Of a stretch of 64,000 nucleotides of DNA, positions 47,681 through 57,964 are shown one piece after another. The stretch comes from an uncultured Alphaproteobacteria bacterium. GTDB taxonomy: Bacteria; Pseudomonadota; Alphaproteobacteria; CACIAM-22H2. The notes beneath the pieces are model-generated. The model did not search any database. It saw nothing but the letters and a program-made list of their open reading frames with translations, and had not been told where the DNA came from. The DNA lies in NCBI GenBank assembly GCA_963748455.1, contig CAVVJD010000022.1, positions 704,143 through 768,142 of the forward strand, given 5' to 3'. Made by a program: the position numbers and the translations under genes. How positions within the stretch are numbered: position 1 is the stretch's first letter; every line of letters starts with the position of its first letter.

Positions 47681-48196
47681 ATGGGTGCGCTTCCACGACG
47701 TGACACAATTTCCCTCGACGCGATCGCGGGACCAGACGTCGCCGCAGCGACCCACGACCAGCCGCTGCAGCAGATCGTCGACGAGATCGAGCGTCATCAG
47801 CGCGCCCTCGAGGAAAATCCCGGCGATGTCGATACGATTCTGCGGGCCGCGTGGTTCTGCCAGGACATCGGCAAGATGCAGGAAGCCTCCGCGCTCTTCG
47901 TACAAGTCATGAATCTGGCGCCGGGCCGGCCCGAGGGTTTCGTCGGCATGAGCCGCGTACTGATCGGCCAGTCGATGTATCGCGAGGCGGCGGATTTGCT
48001 CAAGGACGCGATCGCGCGCAACCACGCCTCGGCGCCGCTGTGGCGGGAAATCGCCCGCGTGATGGCCGATGTCGACGAGGTCGACACGGCGCTGACCTTT
48101 TATGACGAGGCGCTGCGGCTGACGCCCGACCATGTCGAGCTGCGGCTGGAGCACGCCGCCTATTTGCAGGCCCATCGTCGATCCTCAAACGCATAA
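47681..48196 (+). CDS. TPR repeat protein
   Basis: MGALPRRDTISL.. (ATG 47681 in ORF 47660..48196). It has about 3 TPR-like units (..GKMQEASALFVQVMNLAPGRPEGF.., ..VDTALTFYDEALRLTPDHVE..). Confidence 0.6.
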   Translation: MGALPRRDTISLDAIAGPDVAAATHDQPLQQIVDEIERHQRALEENPGDVDTILRAAWFCQDIGKMQEASALFVQVMNLAPGRPEGFVGMSRVLIGQSMYREAADLLKDAIARNHASAPLWREIARVMADVDEVDTALTFYDEALRLTPDHVELRLEHAAYLQAHRRSSNA

Positions 48197-48308
48197 ACGG
48201 ATGACGACGTCCTTCGCAATGCCGATGCCGCGGAGTTGACGGCGCGGCACGGACCCCCTTGGATGGTCGGGACCGCATTTTCCGAATGATCCCGGGGGGG
48301 ACCACGAT

Positions 48309-49271
48309 ATGACCAAGCCGATCCTGTTCGTGACGCGCCGGCTGCCGGCGAGCGTGGAGGCGCGCGCGCGTCGCGATTACGACGCCCGGCTCAATCCCGA
48401 CGATGCGCCGCGGTCGGCCGAGGATATCGTGCGCCTGGCGCAGGGTGCCGCGGCGGTCCTGTGCTGCCCGGCGGAAAAGATGAGCGCTGCCACCATCGCC
48501 GCTTTGCCCGACAGCGTGAAGGTGATCGCGACCTTCAGCGTCGGCTTCGATCATGTCGACGTGGCGGCCGCCAAGGCGCGTGGCATCAAGGTGTGCAACA
48601 CGCCCGATGTGCTATCGGTCGCCACCGCGGAAACGGTGATGCTGCTCATCCTCTGCGCGTCGCGGCGCGCAGGCGAAGGCGAGCGGCTGGTGCGCGCCGG
48701 GCGTTGGACCGGCTGGACGCCGACGCAGTTGATGGGCACGAACGTGTCGGGACGGCGGCTGGGGATTTTCGGCATGGGCCGCATCGGCCGCGAGGTCGCG
48801 CGCATGGCGCGCGCGTTCGACATGGAGATCCACTACCGCGACCAGGCGCGGTTGCCGGCGAACCTCGAACAGGGCGCCACATTCCACGACAACGATGCGA
48901 GCTTCCTGGCCGCCTGCCAGGTGCTGTCGCTGAACGCGCCCGGCGGCGAGGGAACGCGCAACTGGTTGAACGCGGCGCGCATCGCGGCACTGCCGAAGGG
49001 TGCGGTCGTCGTCAACGCGGCGCGCGGCACGCTCATTGACGATGCGGCTCTGATCGCGGCGCTGCGCAGCGGGCATATCGCGTTCGCCGGGCTCGACGTC
49101 TACAACAACGAGCCGAAGCTGGCGCCGGAGTACATGGGCCTCGAGAACGTCGTGCTGCTGCCGCATCTGGGCAGCGCCACCATCGAGACGCGCGAGGCGA
49201 TGGGCATGCTGGCACTGGACGGCATCGACGCGGTGCTGGCGGGCAAGACGCCGAAGAATCTCGTGAGTTAA
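48309..49271 (+). CDS. D-2-hydroxyacid dehydrogenase family (glyoxylate/hydroxypyruvate reductase-like)
   Basis: Intact 320 aa ORF. It has LGIFGMGRIGREVA (GxGxxG), ..VVNAARG..ID.. and ..GLDVYNNEP..LPHLGSAT... Confidence 0.9.
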   Translation: MTKPILFVTRRLPASVEARARRDYDARLNPDDAPRSAEDIVRLAQGAAAVLCCPAEKMSAATIAALPDSVKVIATFSVGFDHVDVAAAKARGIKVCNTPDVLSVATAETVMLLILCASRRAGEGERLVRAGRWTGWTPTQLMGTNVSGRRLGIFGMGRIGREVARMARAFDMEIHYRDQARLPANLEQGATFHDNDASFLAACQVLSLNAPGGEGTRNWLNAARIAALPKGAVVVNAARGTLIDDAALIAALRSGHIAFAGLDVYNNEPKLAPEYMGLENVVLLPHLGSATIETREAMGMLALDGIDAVLAGKTPKNLVS

Positions 49272-49339
49272 CTCGCCCTTTTCGGACAGTTGCCAACGCA
49301 TCTGCCGACCGCCATGATGGCTGGTATTGGTCATGTCTG

Positions 49340-50221
49340 GTGCACGGGGGACGGGTGCGGAAGATCGTGTTCTGGCGAACGGTGTGTGGCGCCTACAAGT
49401 TTGTATTCACCAACCCCAGCCTGCTGATTTGGTTGATTTGGCCCGCGTCGGTATTTCTGATCATCTTGACGCTCCTTCAGTTCTTCCGAGCGCCGCAGTC
49501 TGTTGCGGTGCCTTTTCTCACCTTGGCCTACCTCCTCCTCATCGCCGTCACGATCATGGCCGGCTTGGCTTTCAATCGTGCCATTCTCTTGAACGAGAGA
49601 CACTGGCTCGCGGTTCGCTTTCATTGGCCGCACTGGCGATTTCTGGGCGCCAGCTTCGTGATCGTTCTTGTCATGTCGCTACCTTTTAATATTTTGACTC
49701 CGATCATTTTCGCCTTTTTCGCCGATAGCGTACGCATCGGACTCTCGCCCTACATTATTGTTGTGGTCGCGTGGGGCGTCGTTGTTCTCATAAAGCTTGT
49801 TCTGTGGAGCGCCGTCGGACGTTTGATGTTGGCGCTTCCGGCGATTGCGCTCGGCGAAGGCGCCGGCATTTTTGCGCGCGCATGGCAGCGCAGCAACGGC
49901 AACGTTTGGCGATTGTTCCTGGGCTGGGCGTTGACCTGGATACCCTTGCAGCTGCTACCAGATGTCGTCAGCCGCTTGTATTATCTGGCGAAATACCACG
50001 GAAGCGTCGTTGCGTACGACAATCCGATCCCATACAGCGCGCTTCTTTCGGCGGCAATCCACGGCGGTACCGATTTCTTGTCGGCGTGCCTCGCCATGGC
50101 GTTCTATGCCTATTCGTACGCTCAACTGGCGCAGCCGAATCTGGCCCAGACATTGACAGCGGCGCGCGCGGTGCGCTCCCGCACGACAAGCGCGATCCCC
50201 GGCGTCGCCTCCACCGACTAA
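49340..50221 (+). CDS. hypothetical polytopic membrane protein in a locally lower-GC segment
   Basis: 293 aa ORF (GTG start) with about 6 hydrophobic helices. By eye it is richer in T/A-ending codons than its neighbours. I recognise no family. Confidence 0.5.
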   Translation: MHGGRVRKIVFWRTVCGAYKFVFTNPSLLIWLIWPASVFLIILTLLQFFRAPQSVAVPFLTLAYLLLIAVTIMAGLAFNRAILLNERHWLAVRFHWPHWRFLGASFVIVLVMSLPFNILTPIIFAFFADSVRIGLSPYIIVVVAWGVVVLIKLVLWSAVGRLMLALPAIALGEGAGIFARAWQRSNGNVWRLFLGWALTWIPLQLLPDVVSRLYYLAKYHGSVVAYDNPIPYSALLSAAIHGGTDFLSACLAMAFYAYSYAQLAQPNLAQTLTAARAVRSRTTSAIPGVASTD

Positions 50222-50257
50222 GCAGCGGAAACCCAGCGAAACACGGCTATATCTGTT

Positions 50258-50305
50258 GATGAAACATTTGTTGCATTTTTCTAGTTTCGGTACTATCGTT
50301 TCATC
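50258..50305. promoter_or_regulatory. inverted repeat GATGAAAC-N32-GTTTCATC directly upstream of the RpiR-family gene
   Basis: The 8-bp arms are at 50258..50265 and 50298..50305, in an AT-rich gap. The right arm ends 1 nt before the ATG at 50307. This is a candidate operator pair or promoter. Confidence 0.3.
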
Positions 50306-50306
50306 T

Positions 50307-51223
50307 ATGATCAAGGGCAGTTCCGCGCCGAGTGCCTCTGCCGTCGCGCTGCAGGCGCGGGCTGCGGGCATGGTGGAGACGCTGAGCCCGCAGTTGCGGC
50401 GCGCGGCGCGGTATATTTTGGCCAATCCCGACAAGGTCGCGGTGCAGACGGTGCGCGAGACGGCGGCGGCGGCGCGGGTGACGCCGGCGACTATCGTGCG
50501 GCTGGCCAAGAGCCTGGGGTTCGCGGGCTATCCCGAACTGAAACGCCTGTGTCTCGACGATCTCGTGGCCGGGGCGCGCGGCGACCGGCTGCCTTATGCC
50601 GCCAAGGCGGCCGAGCTGCAGAAGGATGATCGCCGGCCTCGGTCTATGAGCGCCTTTATGCGCGCCAGGCGGAGAATCTCGAGGCGACGCGCGCGGCCAA
50701 TGGCGCTGCACTTCTGGCGCGTAGCGCCGCGGCGCTGGCGAAGTCGCGGCGGGTGTGGATCGCGGGGTTCCGCAGCCTCTACCCGCTCGCCTACTACCTG
50801 CACTATGTCTGGGGCTTCTTCCGGCAGGATTTGTTTCTGGCGGCAAGCCCGGGCGGCGTCATCGACAACGGCGTGTTCGAGATGGGGCCGCGCGACGCGC
50901 TGGTGGTGATGACCGTGAGCCCCTATTCAAGCCACGCCGTCGCCGCCGCCGAAGCCGCCCACCGGGCCGGCGCCACGATCGTGGCGTTGAGCGACAGCAC
51001 GCTTTCGCCGCTCGCCAAATACACCGAGCATCTGCTGGTCGCGGCAACCGACACGCCGTCCTTCTTCCATTCGCTCACCGCCGCCAGCGCCACGATCGAG
51101 GCGCTGCTGGCGACACTCGCCCATCGCGGCGGCGCCGAGGCGCTCGCCGCCATCGCGCGCACGCAAGCGCGCCTTTCGGCGATGGGCGTTTACGTCGACC
51201 CACCCACGATGCCGCGCCCATGA
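50307..51223 (+). CDS. MurR/RpiR family transcriptional regulator (HTH + SIS), one frameshift
   Basis: The HTH_6 part ..LSPQLRRAARYILANPDKVAVQTVRETAAAARVTPATIVRLAKSLGFAGYPELK is in ORF 50256..50909. The SIS part is in the frame of ORF 50753..51223 and extends upstream as VYERLYARQAENLEATRAANGAALLARSAAALAKSRRVWIAGF... The join is near 50635. Confidence 0.75.
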
Positions 51224-52555
51224 GCCATGTGTTTCCGCGCGACACGCGCATCGCGCCACCCCTGGCGGTGGGCGGCGAAGGCATTCACATCGTCGACAAC
51301 ACCGGCAAGCGCTACATCGACGCGTCGGGCGGTGCCGCGGTGTCGTGCCTGGGCCACGGCCATCCGAAAATCGTCGAAGCGATCAAGGCGCAGGCCGGGC
51401 AGCTCGCGTATGCGCACACATCCTTCTTCTCGACACCGGCGAGCGAAGAACTCGCCGATCGGCTGGTGCGCGATGCGCCCAAGGGCATGACCCGCGTCTA
51501 TTTCGTCTCCGGCGGCTCGGAAGCGATCGAGACCGCGCTCAAGATGGCGCGGCAATATTTCCTGGAGATCGGCCAGCCCAAGCGGCACATCTTCATTTCC
51601 CGGCGCCAGAGCTATCACGGCAACACGCTGGGGGCTCTGGCCGCGGGCGGCAATGCATGGCGGCGCAAGCCCTATCAGCCGCTGCTGATGGATGTGAAGC
51701 AGGTCGCGCCCTGCTTCGCCTATCGCTTCAAGGAAGCGAACGAGAGCGATGAGGCGTACGGGCTGCGCGTGGCCAACGAGCTCGAGACGGAAATTCTGAA
51801 GCATGGCGCCGAGAATGTCGCCGGCTTCCTCGCCGAGACCGTGGGTCGGCGCCACATCCGGCGCTGTCGCGGCCGTGCCCGGCTATTTCAAGCGCGTGCG
51901 CGAGATCTGCGACAAGCACGGCGTGCTGCTGATCCTCGACGAGGTCATGTGCGGCATGGGGCGCACTGGCACCTTGCATGCCTGCGAGCAGGAGGGCGTG
52001 GCGCCCGACCTGATGACGCTGGCCAAAGGGCTGGGTGCTGGCTACGTGCCGATCGGCGCGGTGATGGTGCAGGCGCGCATCTACGATTCCTTCGTCAAGG
52101 GCTCCGGCTTCTTTCAACATGGGCACACTTATGCCGGCCATCCGCTGGCATGCGCCGCAGCACTGGCCGTGCAGAAAGTCCTGACCGAAGACGGCGTGCT
52201 GGCGCGGGTGATGCCGGCGGGTGCGCAGCTCAGCGACGCGCTGCAGGAGCGCTTCGGCAATCACGCGCATGTCGGCGACATTCGCGGGCGCGGGCTGTTC
52301 CAGGCAGTCGAGCTGGTGCAGGACCGCGCCAGCAAGAAAGAGTTCGACCCGAGCTTGCGGCTGCATGCGCGTATCAAGAGGGAAGCGTTCGCGCGCGGCC
52401 TGCTCGTCTATCCGATGGGCGGCACGATCGACGGGCAGCGCGGCGATCATGTGCTGCTCGCCCCGCCCTTCATCATCGAGCGCGACCAGATCGACACCGC
52501 TATCGCCGTGCTGGGCGAGGCGGTGGATGCAGCGCTTGCCAGTGTCACCACGTAA
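51220..52555 (+). CDS. class III (omega-type) aminotransferase, one frameshift
   Basis: ATG 51220 overlaps the RpiR stop (ATGA). MSHVFPRD..GGAAVSCLGHGHPKIVEAI..VSGGSEAIETALKMARQY.. is in frame 1. ..ILDEVMCGMGRTG..TLAKGLGAGYVPIGA.. is in ORF 51803..52555. The join is near 51840. Confidence 0.85.
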
Positions 52556-52586
52556 AACCAACAAGACAGCGAACAGGAGAAGTCAG

Positions 52587-53615
52587 ATGCGTTTCCATCA
52601 TATTGCCGCCGGATTGGCGGCCCTTGCAGCCCTGGCGATGGCCGGCCCGGCCAAGGCCGGCGCCACGTTCGACGCCGTCAAGGCGCGCGGCGTCGTCGCC
52701 TGCGGCGTCAACACCGGCCTCGCCGGATTTTCGGCACCCGACAATACCGGCAAATGGATCGGACTCGATGCCGATCTCTGCCGCGCGATCGCGGTCGCCA
52801 TGTTCGGCGATGCGAACAAGGCGAAGTTCGCGCCGTATACGGCACAGCAGCGCTTCACAGCACTTCAGGCGGGCGAGATCGATGTGCTGTTGCGCAACAC
52901 CACACTCACCTTCACGCGCGATACTTCGCTCGGGCTCAACTTCACAGGCGTCAATTTCTACGACGGCCAGGCCTTCATGGTGCCCAAGAAGCTGGGCGTG
53001 GCCGGCACTCAAGGACATGAACGGCGCCACGATCTGCCTCGCGCAGGGCACGACGCATGAGCTGACGATCGCGGACTGGTTCCGCGCGCGTAACCTCACC
53101 TTCAAGCCGCTGGTGATCGAGAACCAGGAGAGCCTGTATCAGGCCTATTTCTCCGGCCGCTGCGACGCGCTGACGCAGAGACTCGATCGGCGCTCGCCGC
53201 CGCCAAATCGTCGCGCGCCCCCAATCCCGACGACTATGCCATCCTGCCGGACCGCATTTCGAAGGAGCCGCTGGGGCCGCTGGTGCGCCATGGCGACGAC
53301 CAGTGGTTCGACGTCGTGCGCTGGACCCTAATGGCGATGATCGAGGCGGAAGAGCTGGGCGTGAGCCAGGCCAATGTCGATCAGATGCTGAGCTCCACCA
53401 GCCCGGAGATCCAGCGCCTGCTGGGCGTCACCGGCGGTTTCGGCAAGGCGCTCGGCGTCGATGACAAATGGGTCTACAACATCGTCAAGCAGGTCGGGAA
53501 TTACAGCGACAGCTTCGAGCGCAACGTCGGCAAGGGCAGCCCGCTGAAGCTCGAGCGCGGTCCCAACGATCTGTGGACGCGCGGCGGGTTGATGTACGCG
53601 ATCCCGTTCCGCTGA
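52587..53615 (+). CDS. amino acid ABC transporter substrate-binding protein (AapJ/general L-amino acid type), two frameshifts
   Basis: ATG 52587 gives MRFHHIAAGLAALAALAMAGPAKAGATFDAVKARGVVACGVNTGLAGFS... It continues ..ALKDMNGATICLAQGTTHELTIADWFRARNLTFKPLVIENQESL.. and then ..PNPDDYAILPDRISKEPLGPLVRHGDDQWFDVVRW.. (ORF 53283..53615). Joins are near 53000 and 53178. No permease or ATPase genes follow. Confidence 0.8.
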
Positions 53616-53630
53616 GAACCCTTCCTCCCC

Positions 53631-53667
53631 AACTCCGCCGCCCGCCGGGCGGCGGAGTTCTTTATTT
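53631..53667 (+). terminator. Rho-independent terminator after the amino-acid-binding protein gene
   Basis: AACTCCGCCGCCC-gcc-GGGCGGCGGAGTT is a perfect 13 bp stem, followed by CTTTATTT. Confidence 0.8.
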
Positions 53668-53693
53668 GCCGGCGATCTGCTATATCCGGGCGC

Positions 53694-54348
53694 ATGAAGA
53701 CGCCGCGTATCGCGCTGATCCACGCCCTGCCCGAATCCGTCGGGCCCGCCAACGCGGCGATGGCGTCGCTGTGGCCCGATGCGCAGCGCTTCAATCTCGC
53801 CGACGATTCCCTCGCTCCCGACCTCGCCGAAGCCGGCGTCAGTCACGCCGGCGATCACGCAGCGCTTCCTCGACCTGGCGTGCTACGCGGCCGGCACGGG
53901 GGCACGCGGCATCATGTTCACCTGCTCCGCCTTTGGCATTTCCATCGATGCCTGCAAGGCGGCGCTGCCGGTGCCGATCCTCAAGCCCAACGAGGCGGCG
54001 CTCGACGAGGCGCTGCGCGCCGGGCGGCGCATCGCGTTGCTCGCCACCTTCCCGCCCACCATCGTGTCGATGCGCGCCGAACTCGAAGCGGCGGCGAAGA
54101 CGCAAGTCGAAATCATCACCGCGACGATTCCCGCAGCGCTGGCGGCGCTCAAGGCCGGACGCGGCGACGAGCATGACTGGCTGATCGCCGATGCCGCCGC
54201 CGCGCTGCCGCCGGTCGATGCGCTGATCCTGGCGCAATTCTCGATGGCGCGCGCGGCACCGCGCATCGCGCCCGTGCCCGGCCGCGTCGTCATCGCCACG
54301 CCCGAAAGCGCCGTGCGCAAACTGCGCAACCTGGTCGAGCGCCCCTAG
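53694..54348 (+). CDS. Asp/Glu/hydantoin racemase-like family protein, one frameshift
   Basis: MKTPRIALIHALPESVGPANAAM.. is in ORF 53694... It continues as ..TPAITQRFLDLACYAAGTGARGIMFTCSAFG..ILKPNEAAL.. in ORF 53779..54348. The join is near 53840. Confidence 0.6.
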
Positions 54349-54358
54349 GCGTCCGCCC

Positions 54359-55511
54359 GTGCCGCCCTATCTGGCCTCGCGGCTGGCGCTGTTCCACGGG
54401 GCCATCTTTACCGCCTATGGCATCACGGTGCCCTATTGGGCGCTGTGGCTCGACAGCCGCGGCATGTCGAGCGCGGAGATCGGCGTGCTGCTGTCGCTGC
54501 CGGTGTGGACGCGGCTGGCAACCGGCCCTGCCGCGGCCTGGATCGCCGACCGCACCGGCGACACGCGCCGCGTGCTGAGCTGGTTGTGCGTCGGCGGTCT
54601 GGTGAGCTACGCGCTGTTTGGCACCGTCACGCAGTTCTGGCAGTTCCTGGTGCTCGCCATTGCCGCCGGCACATTCCTCACCGGTGTCGTGCCGCTCGCC
54701 GACGACCTGACCTTGCGCGCCGCGTATCGCCACAATCTCGATTACGGGCGTATCCGATTGTGGGGCTCGGTCACGTTCATCGTCGCGTCCGCGCTGGGCG
54801 GTGCCACGGTCGCGCGCTATCCCAAGGACATCATCCTGGGGATGGTGATCTTCGGGTTCGCGCTGAGCCTTCTCGCAAGCTTCGCGCTGCCAAGCATCCC
54901 GCGCCCGCAAGGCCAGAAGACGGGCGGGCGCATCGGCGCCTTGTTGCGCGACCGCGCCTTCCTCACCTTCCTGATCGCGGCGGCGTTGATCCAGGCGAGC
55001 CATGGCGTGCTCTACGGCTTCGCCACCTTGCATTGGGAGGCGGCGGGCCACAGCTCGGCGCTGATCGGCTGGCTGTGGGCGGAGGCCGCCATCATCGAGA
55101 TCGGCGTCTTCGCCGGCGGCGCCTGGATCGTGCGGCGCGTGGGCGTCGTCAACCTGATCATCATCGCCGGTGCGGCCGGCGTGCTGCGCTGGATCGTGAC
55201 GGGGGCCACAACCGCGCTGCCCGTGCTGGTGGCCGCGCAGGCGCTGCATTCGCTGACCTTCGGAGCCGCCCATCTGGGCGCCATGCATTTCATCGCCCGC
55301 ACGGCTCCCCCCGGTATAACGGCGCGCGCGCAGATGGCCTATGCCGCGGTGGCGCTGGGGGTCGGCAATGGCATCACCCTCATGAGTGCGGGCGTTCTCT
55401 ATGGCCAATTCGGCGGCGGCGCCTTCTATGTCATGGCGGCGGCCGGCCGGGCTCGGGGCGCTGGGCGCGGTCTACCTGTCCCGCATCTGGGTGGACCGCA
55501 GCACCGGCTAG
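54359..55511 (+). CDS. MFS transporter (MFS_1_like / HcaT-type), one frameshift near the 3' end
   Basis: ORF 54359..55549 has about 12 TM helices (..YWALWLDSRGMSSAEIGVLLSLP..). After ..FYVMAAAG the better frame reads ..LGALGAVYLSRIWVDRSTG, with the stop at 55509-55511. The join is near 55445. Confidence 0.75.
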
Positions 55512-55894
55512 ACCCTGCGCAAAGCGCGGGGCTGCCCCGCGCGACTTGACTTATCCACCGTTAACAGTCATTTAACCCCTGCAGGACGATAAATGTCCGC
55601 AGAGTTCTCAGGGGATCGCGCCAAAGGCGCGTCCCGGTGCCCTTCGGGGCCCAACGCCTTTATCCCGAGATCTCCGACAAGAACCAAGGCCAGTCCCGAT
55701 CGCGCGCGGGATTGCCACAAACGAAGAAAGATTCGGACCGGTCAATCGCCTCTGGCACCCGGTCCGGCGCACAACACACCCCTTCCTTTTCCGGCCAACA
55801 GCCAGTCTTTCGCGCGGGCGTTCCCGCGACACCCCTTTGGGTCGTCGCCGGCGCCTGACGCATGTGCGGGCACGCTCAAGCCGGTTGCAAACTT

Positions 55895-57255
55895 ATGAAA
55901 CGAGACATGACTTTTACTTCAACCGCGACTGCACCATCCGACCAGACCGCCGCGCCGTCTTCGGCCCCGCCGTCAATCACCTTCGAACAGCTCAACCTGA
56001 TCGAGCCCCTCCAGCGCGCCGTACGCGCCGAGAAATACACGACGCCGACGCCGATCCAGGCGCAGGCGATCCCCTATCTTCTCGACGGCAAGGATCTGCT
56101 GGGTTGCGCCCAGACCGGCACCGGCAAGACCGCAGCCTTCGCGCTGCCGATCCTGCAGCGCCTGCACGCTGAAAAGCGTTCTGCCGGCCCGCGCGGTGCG
56201 CGCGTGCTGGTGCTGACGCCGACGCGCGAGCTGGCCCTCCAGATCGCCGAGAGCTTCGCAGACCTATGGGCGCCATCTCGGCATGAGCAATGCCGTGATC
56301 TTCGGCGGCGTCGGCCAGGAGCCGCAGGTGCGCGCCATGTCGCGCGGCGTGGATATCCTTATCGCCTGCCCCGGCCGCCTGCTCGACCTCATGAACCAGG
56401 GCTACGTCAAGCTCGACAAGGTCGAGACCTTCGTCCTGGACGAAGCCGACCGCATGCTCGACATGGGCTTCATCCACGACGTCAAGAAGATCATCGCCAC
56501 CCTGCCCGCCCATCGCCAGACGCTGCTGTTCTCCGCGACCATGCCGGGCGAGATCTCGGGCCTCGCCGACCGCATCTTGCGCGATCCGGTCAAGGTGGCC
56601 GTGACGCCGGTTGCCGCCACCGCCGACAAGATCGACCAGTGGGTCTTGTTCGTCGAAAAGAACGACAAGCGCGCGCTGCTGGGCGAGGTTCTCAAGGACC
56701 CGAGCATCGGTCGCGCCATCATCTTCACCCGCACCAAGCACGGCGCCAACAAAGTGACGGAAGTGCTGGAACGCCAGCGGCGTTTCGGCCGAAGCGATCC
56801 ACGGCAACAAGTCGCAGACCGCACGCCAGCGGGCACTCGAGAATTTCCGCGCCGGCCGCACGCGGGTCCTGGTGGCGACCGACATCGCCGCGCGCGGCAT
56901 CGACGTCGACGGCATCACCCATGTCATCAACTACGAGCTGCCCAACGTGCCGGAGAGCTACGTCCACCGCATCGGCCGCACCGCGCGCGCGGGTGCGGCG
57001 GGCGTTGCCATCTCCTTCTGCGATTCGGAAGAGCGCGCATACTTGCGCGATATCGAGAAGCTGATCCGCAAGAGCGTGCCGGTGGTCCATGACCACCCGT
57101 TCCGCTCGACCGTGCCGGCCGGCACGATCACCGCCCCTGCCCCGCGCGGCCGCTCCGGCGGTCATGGCGGCGAGCGTCGCGGTGGCCAGCGCCACGGCGG
57201 TGGCGGTCATGGTCGCGGCGGCCGCAGTGGCGGCGGTCGCGGCCGCCGGCGCTAG
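55895..57255 (+). CDS. rhlE: DEAD-box ATP-dependent RNA helicase (RhlE-like), two frameshifts
   Basis: The Q-motif TPTPIQ, motif [22 protein letters not shown] (DEAD), SAT, ..ARGIDV.. and [10 protein letters not shown] are all present, followed by a Gly/Arg-rich tail. The pieces are in ORFs 55862.., 56283.. and 56872..57255. Joins are near 56265 and 56775. Confidence 0.88.
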
Positions 57256-57258
57256 CAC

Positions 57259-57291
57259 AAAAAAAGACGGCGGCCCTTTACAGGGCCGCCG
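57259..57291 (-). terminator. Rho-independent terminator for the PEP-CTERM gene (possibly bidirectional with rhlE)
   Basis: On the minus strand: GGCGGCCC-tgtaaa-GGGCCGCC followed by GTCTTTTTTTGTG. On the plus strand the same hairpin follows the rhlE stop. Confidence 0.7.
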
Positions 57292-57319
57292 CCGTGGCGA
57301 ATGTCCTCTTAGGTTCGCC

Positions 57320-57964
57320 TCAGGCTGTCTTGCGCCGCCGCATGAACGCGAGGCCGACCAAGCCCGCGCCGAACAGGGCGAGGCTCATGGGCTCCGGCAC
57401 CGCCGCCGTAACGGTCACGACCATGTCGTTGGCGTCGTTGTCGTCGCAGAGTTGCAGGAAGCCGCAAAAGCCGCTCGGGCCGCCGTCGTCAAAGAACAAA
57501 GCGAAGGTACTGCCCTGCTGGTAGACGAACATGTCGAGCTGGTTGAAGGCGTCGTTTTCGCGGACGTTATCTGAGAACACGCGCCCGTTGTCGAAGCTCG
57601 CCGCCCCAAACGTCTCGAAATAGAACAGGAAGGGGTTGGAGACAGGCACGAAGCTCTTGACCGAGCCCTCGGTGTCAACGGTCGTGTTGAAAATTGAAGT
57701 TTCCCCGCCGTGGGCGGCGGTCGCCGTACCGAAGATGTGGTTGTACGAGGCCAAGCGGAGCTCAAACGTCGCGTTGCCGCCGCCGGCGAAGAATCCATTG
57801 CCGCCGCCTGACCCGAACACTTCCGGGCTGACCAATGTCCACGTGCCAATCGCGCCGAGGCCGGCGGCCGTAAACGTTGCTTGCGAAGGTGCTGCAATTG
57901 CCCCTGTCGACAACAGGGCGACGCCGGCGACACCCAGAGCTGTAGAATAAAGTTTCCTAAACAT
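57320..57964 (-). CDS. PEP-CTERM sorting-domain secreted protein
   Basis: MFRKLYSTALGVAGVALLSTGAIAAPSQA is the signal peptide (ATG 57964 in ORF 57320..58021). The C-terminus VPEPMSLALFGAGLVGLAFMRRRKTA gives the PEP motif, a TM helix and a basic tail. Confidence 0.8.
   Translation of the reverse strand: MFRKLYSTALGVAGVALLSTGAIAAPSQATFTAAGLGAIGTWTLVSPEVFGSGGGNGFFAGGGNATFELRLASYNHIFGTATAAHGGETSIFNTTVDTEGSVKSFVPVSNPFLFYFETFGAASFDNGRVFSDNVRENDAFNQLDMFVYQQGSTFALFFDDGGPSGFCGFLQLCDDNDANDMVVTVTAAVPEPMSLALFGAGLVGLAFMRRRKTA

Noticed and set aside
50755-53331. An 858-aa ORF, the longest in the track.
   Set aside because: It is a chimera. It is in the true frame only for the first part of the aminotransferase (about 51220-51840) and for a middle segment of the amino-acid-binding protein. 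Elsewhere it reads junk across the RpiR gene and other frames. It exists only because frameshifts and high GC remove stops.
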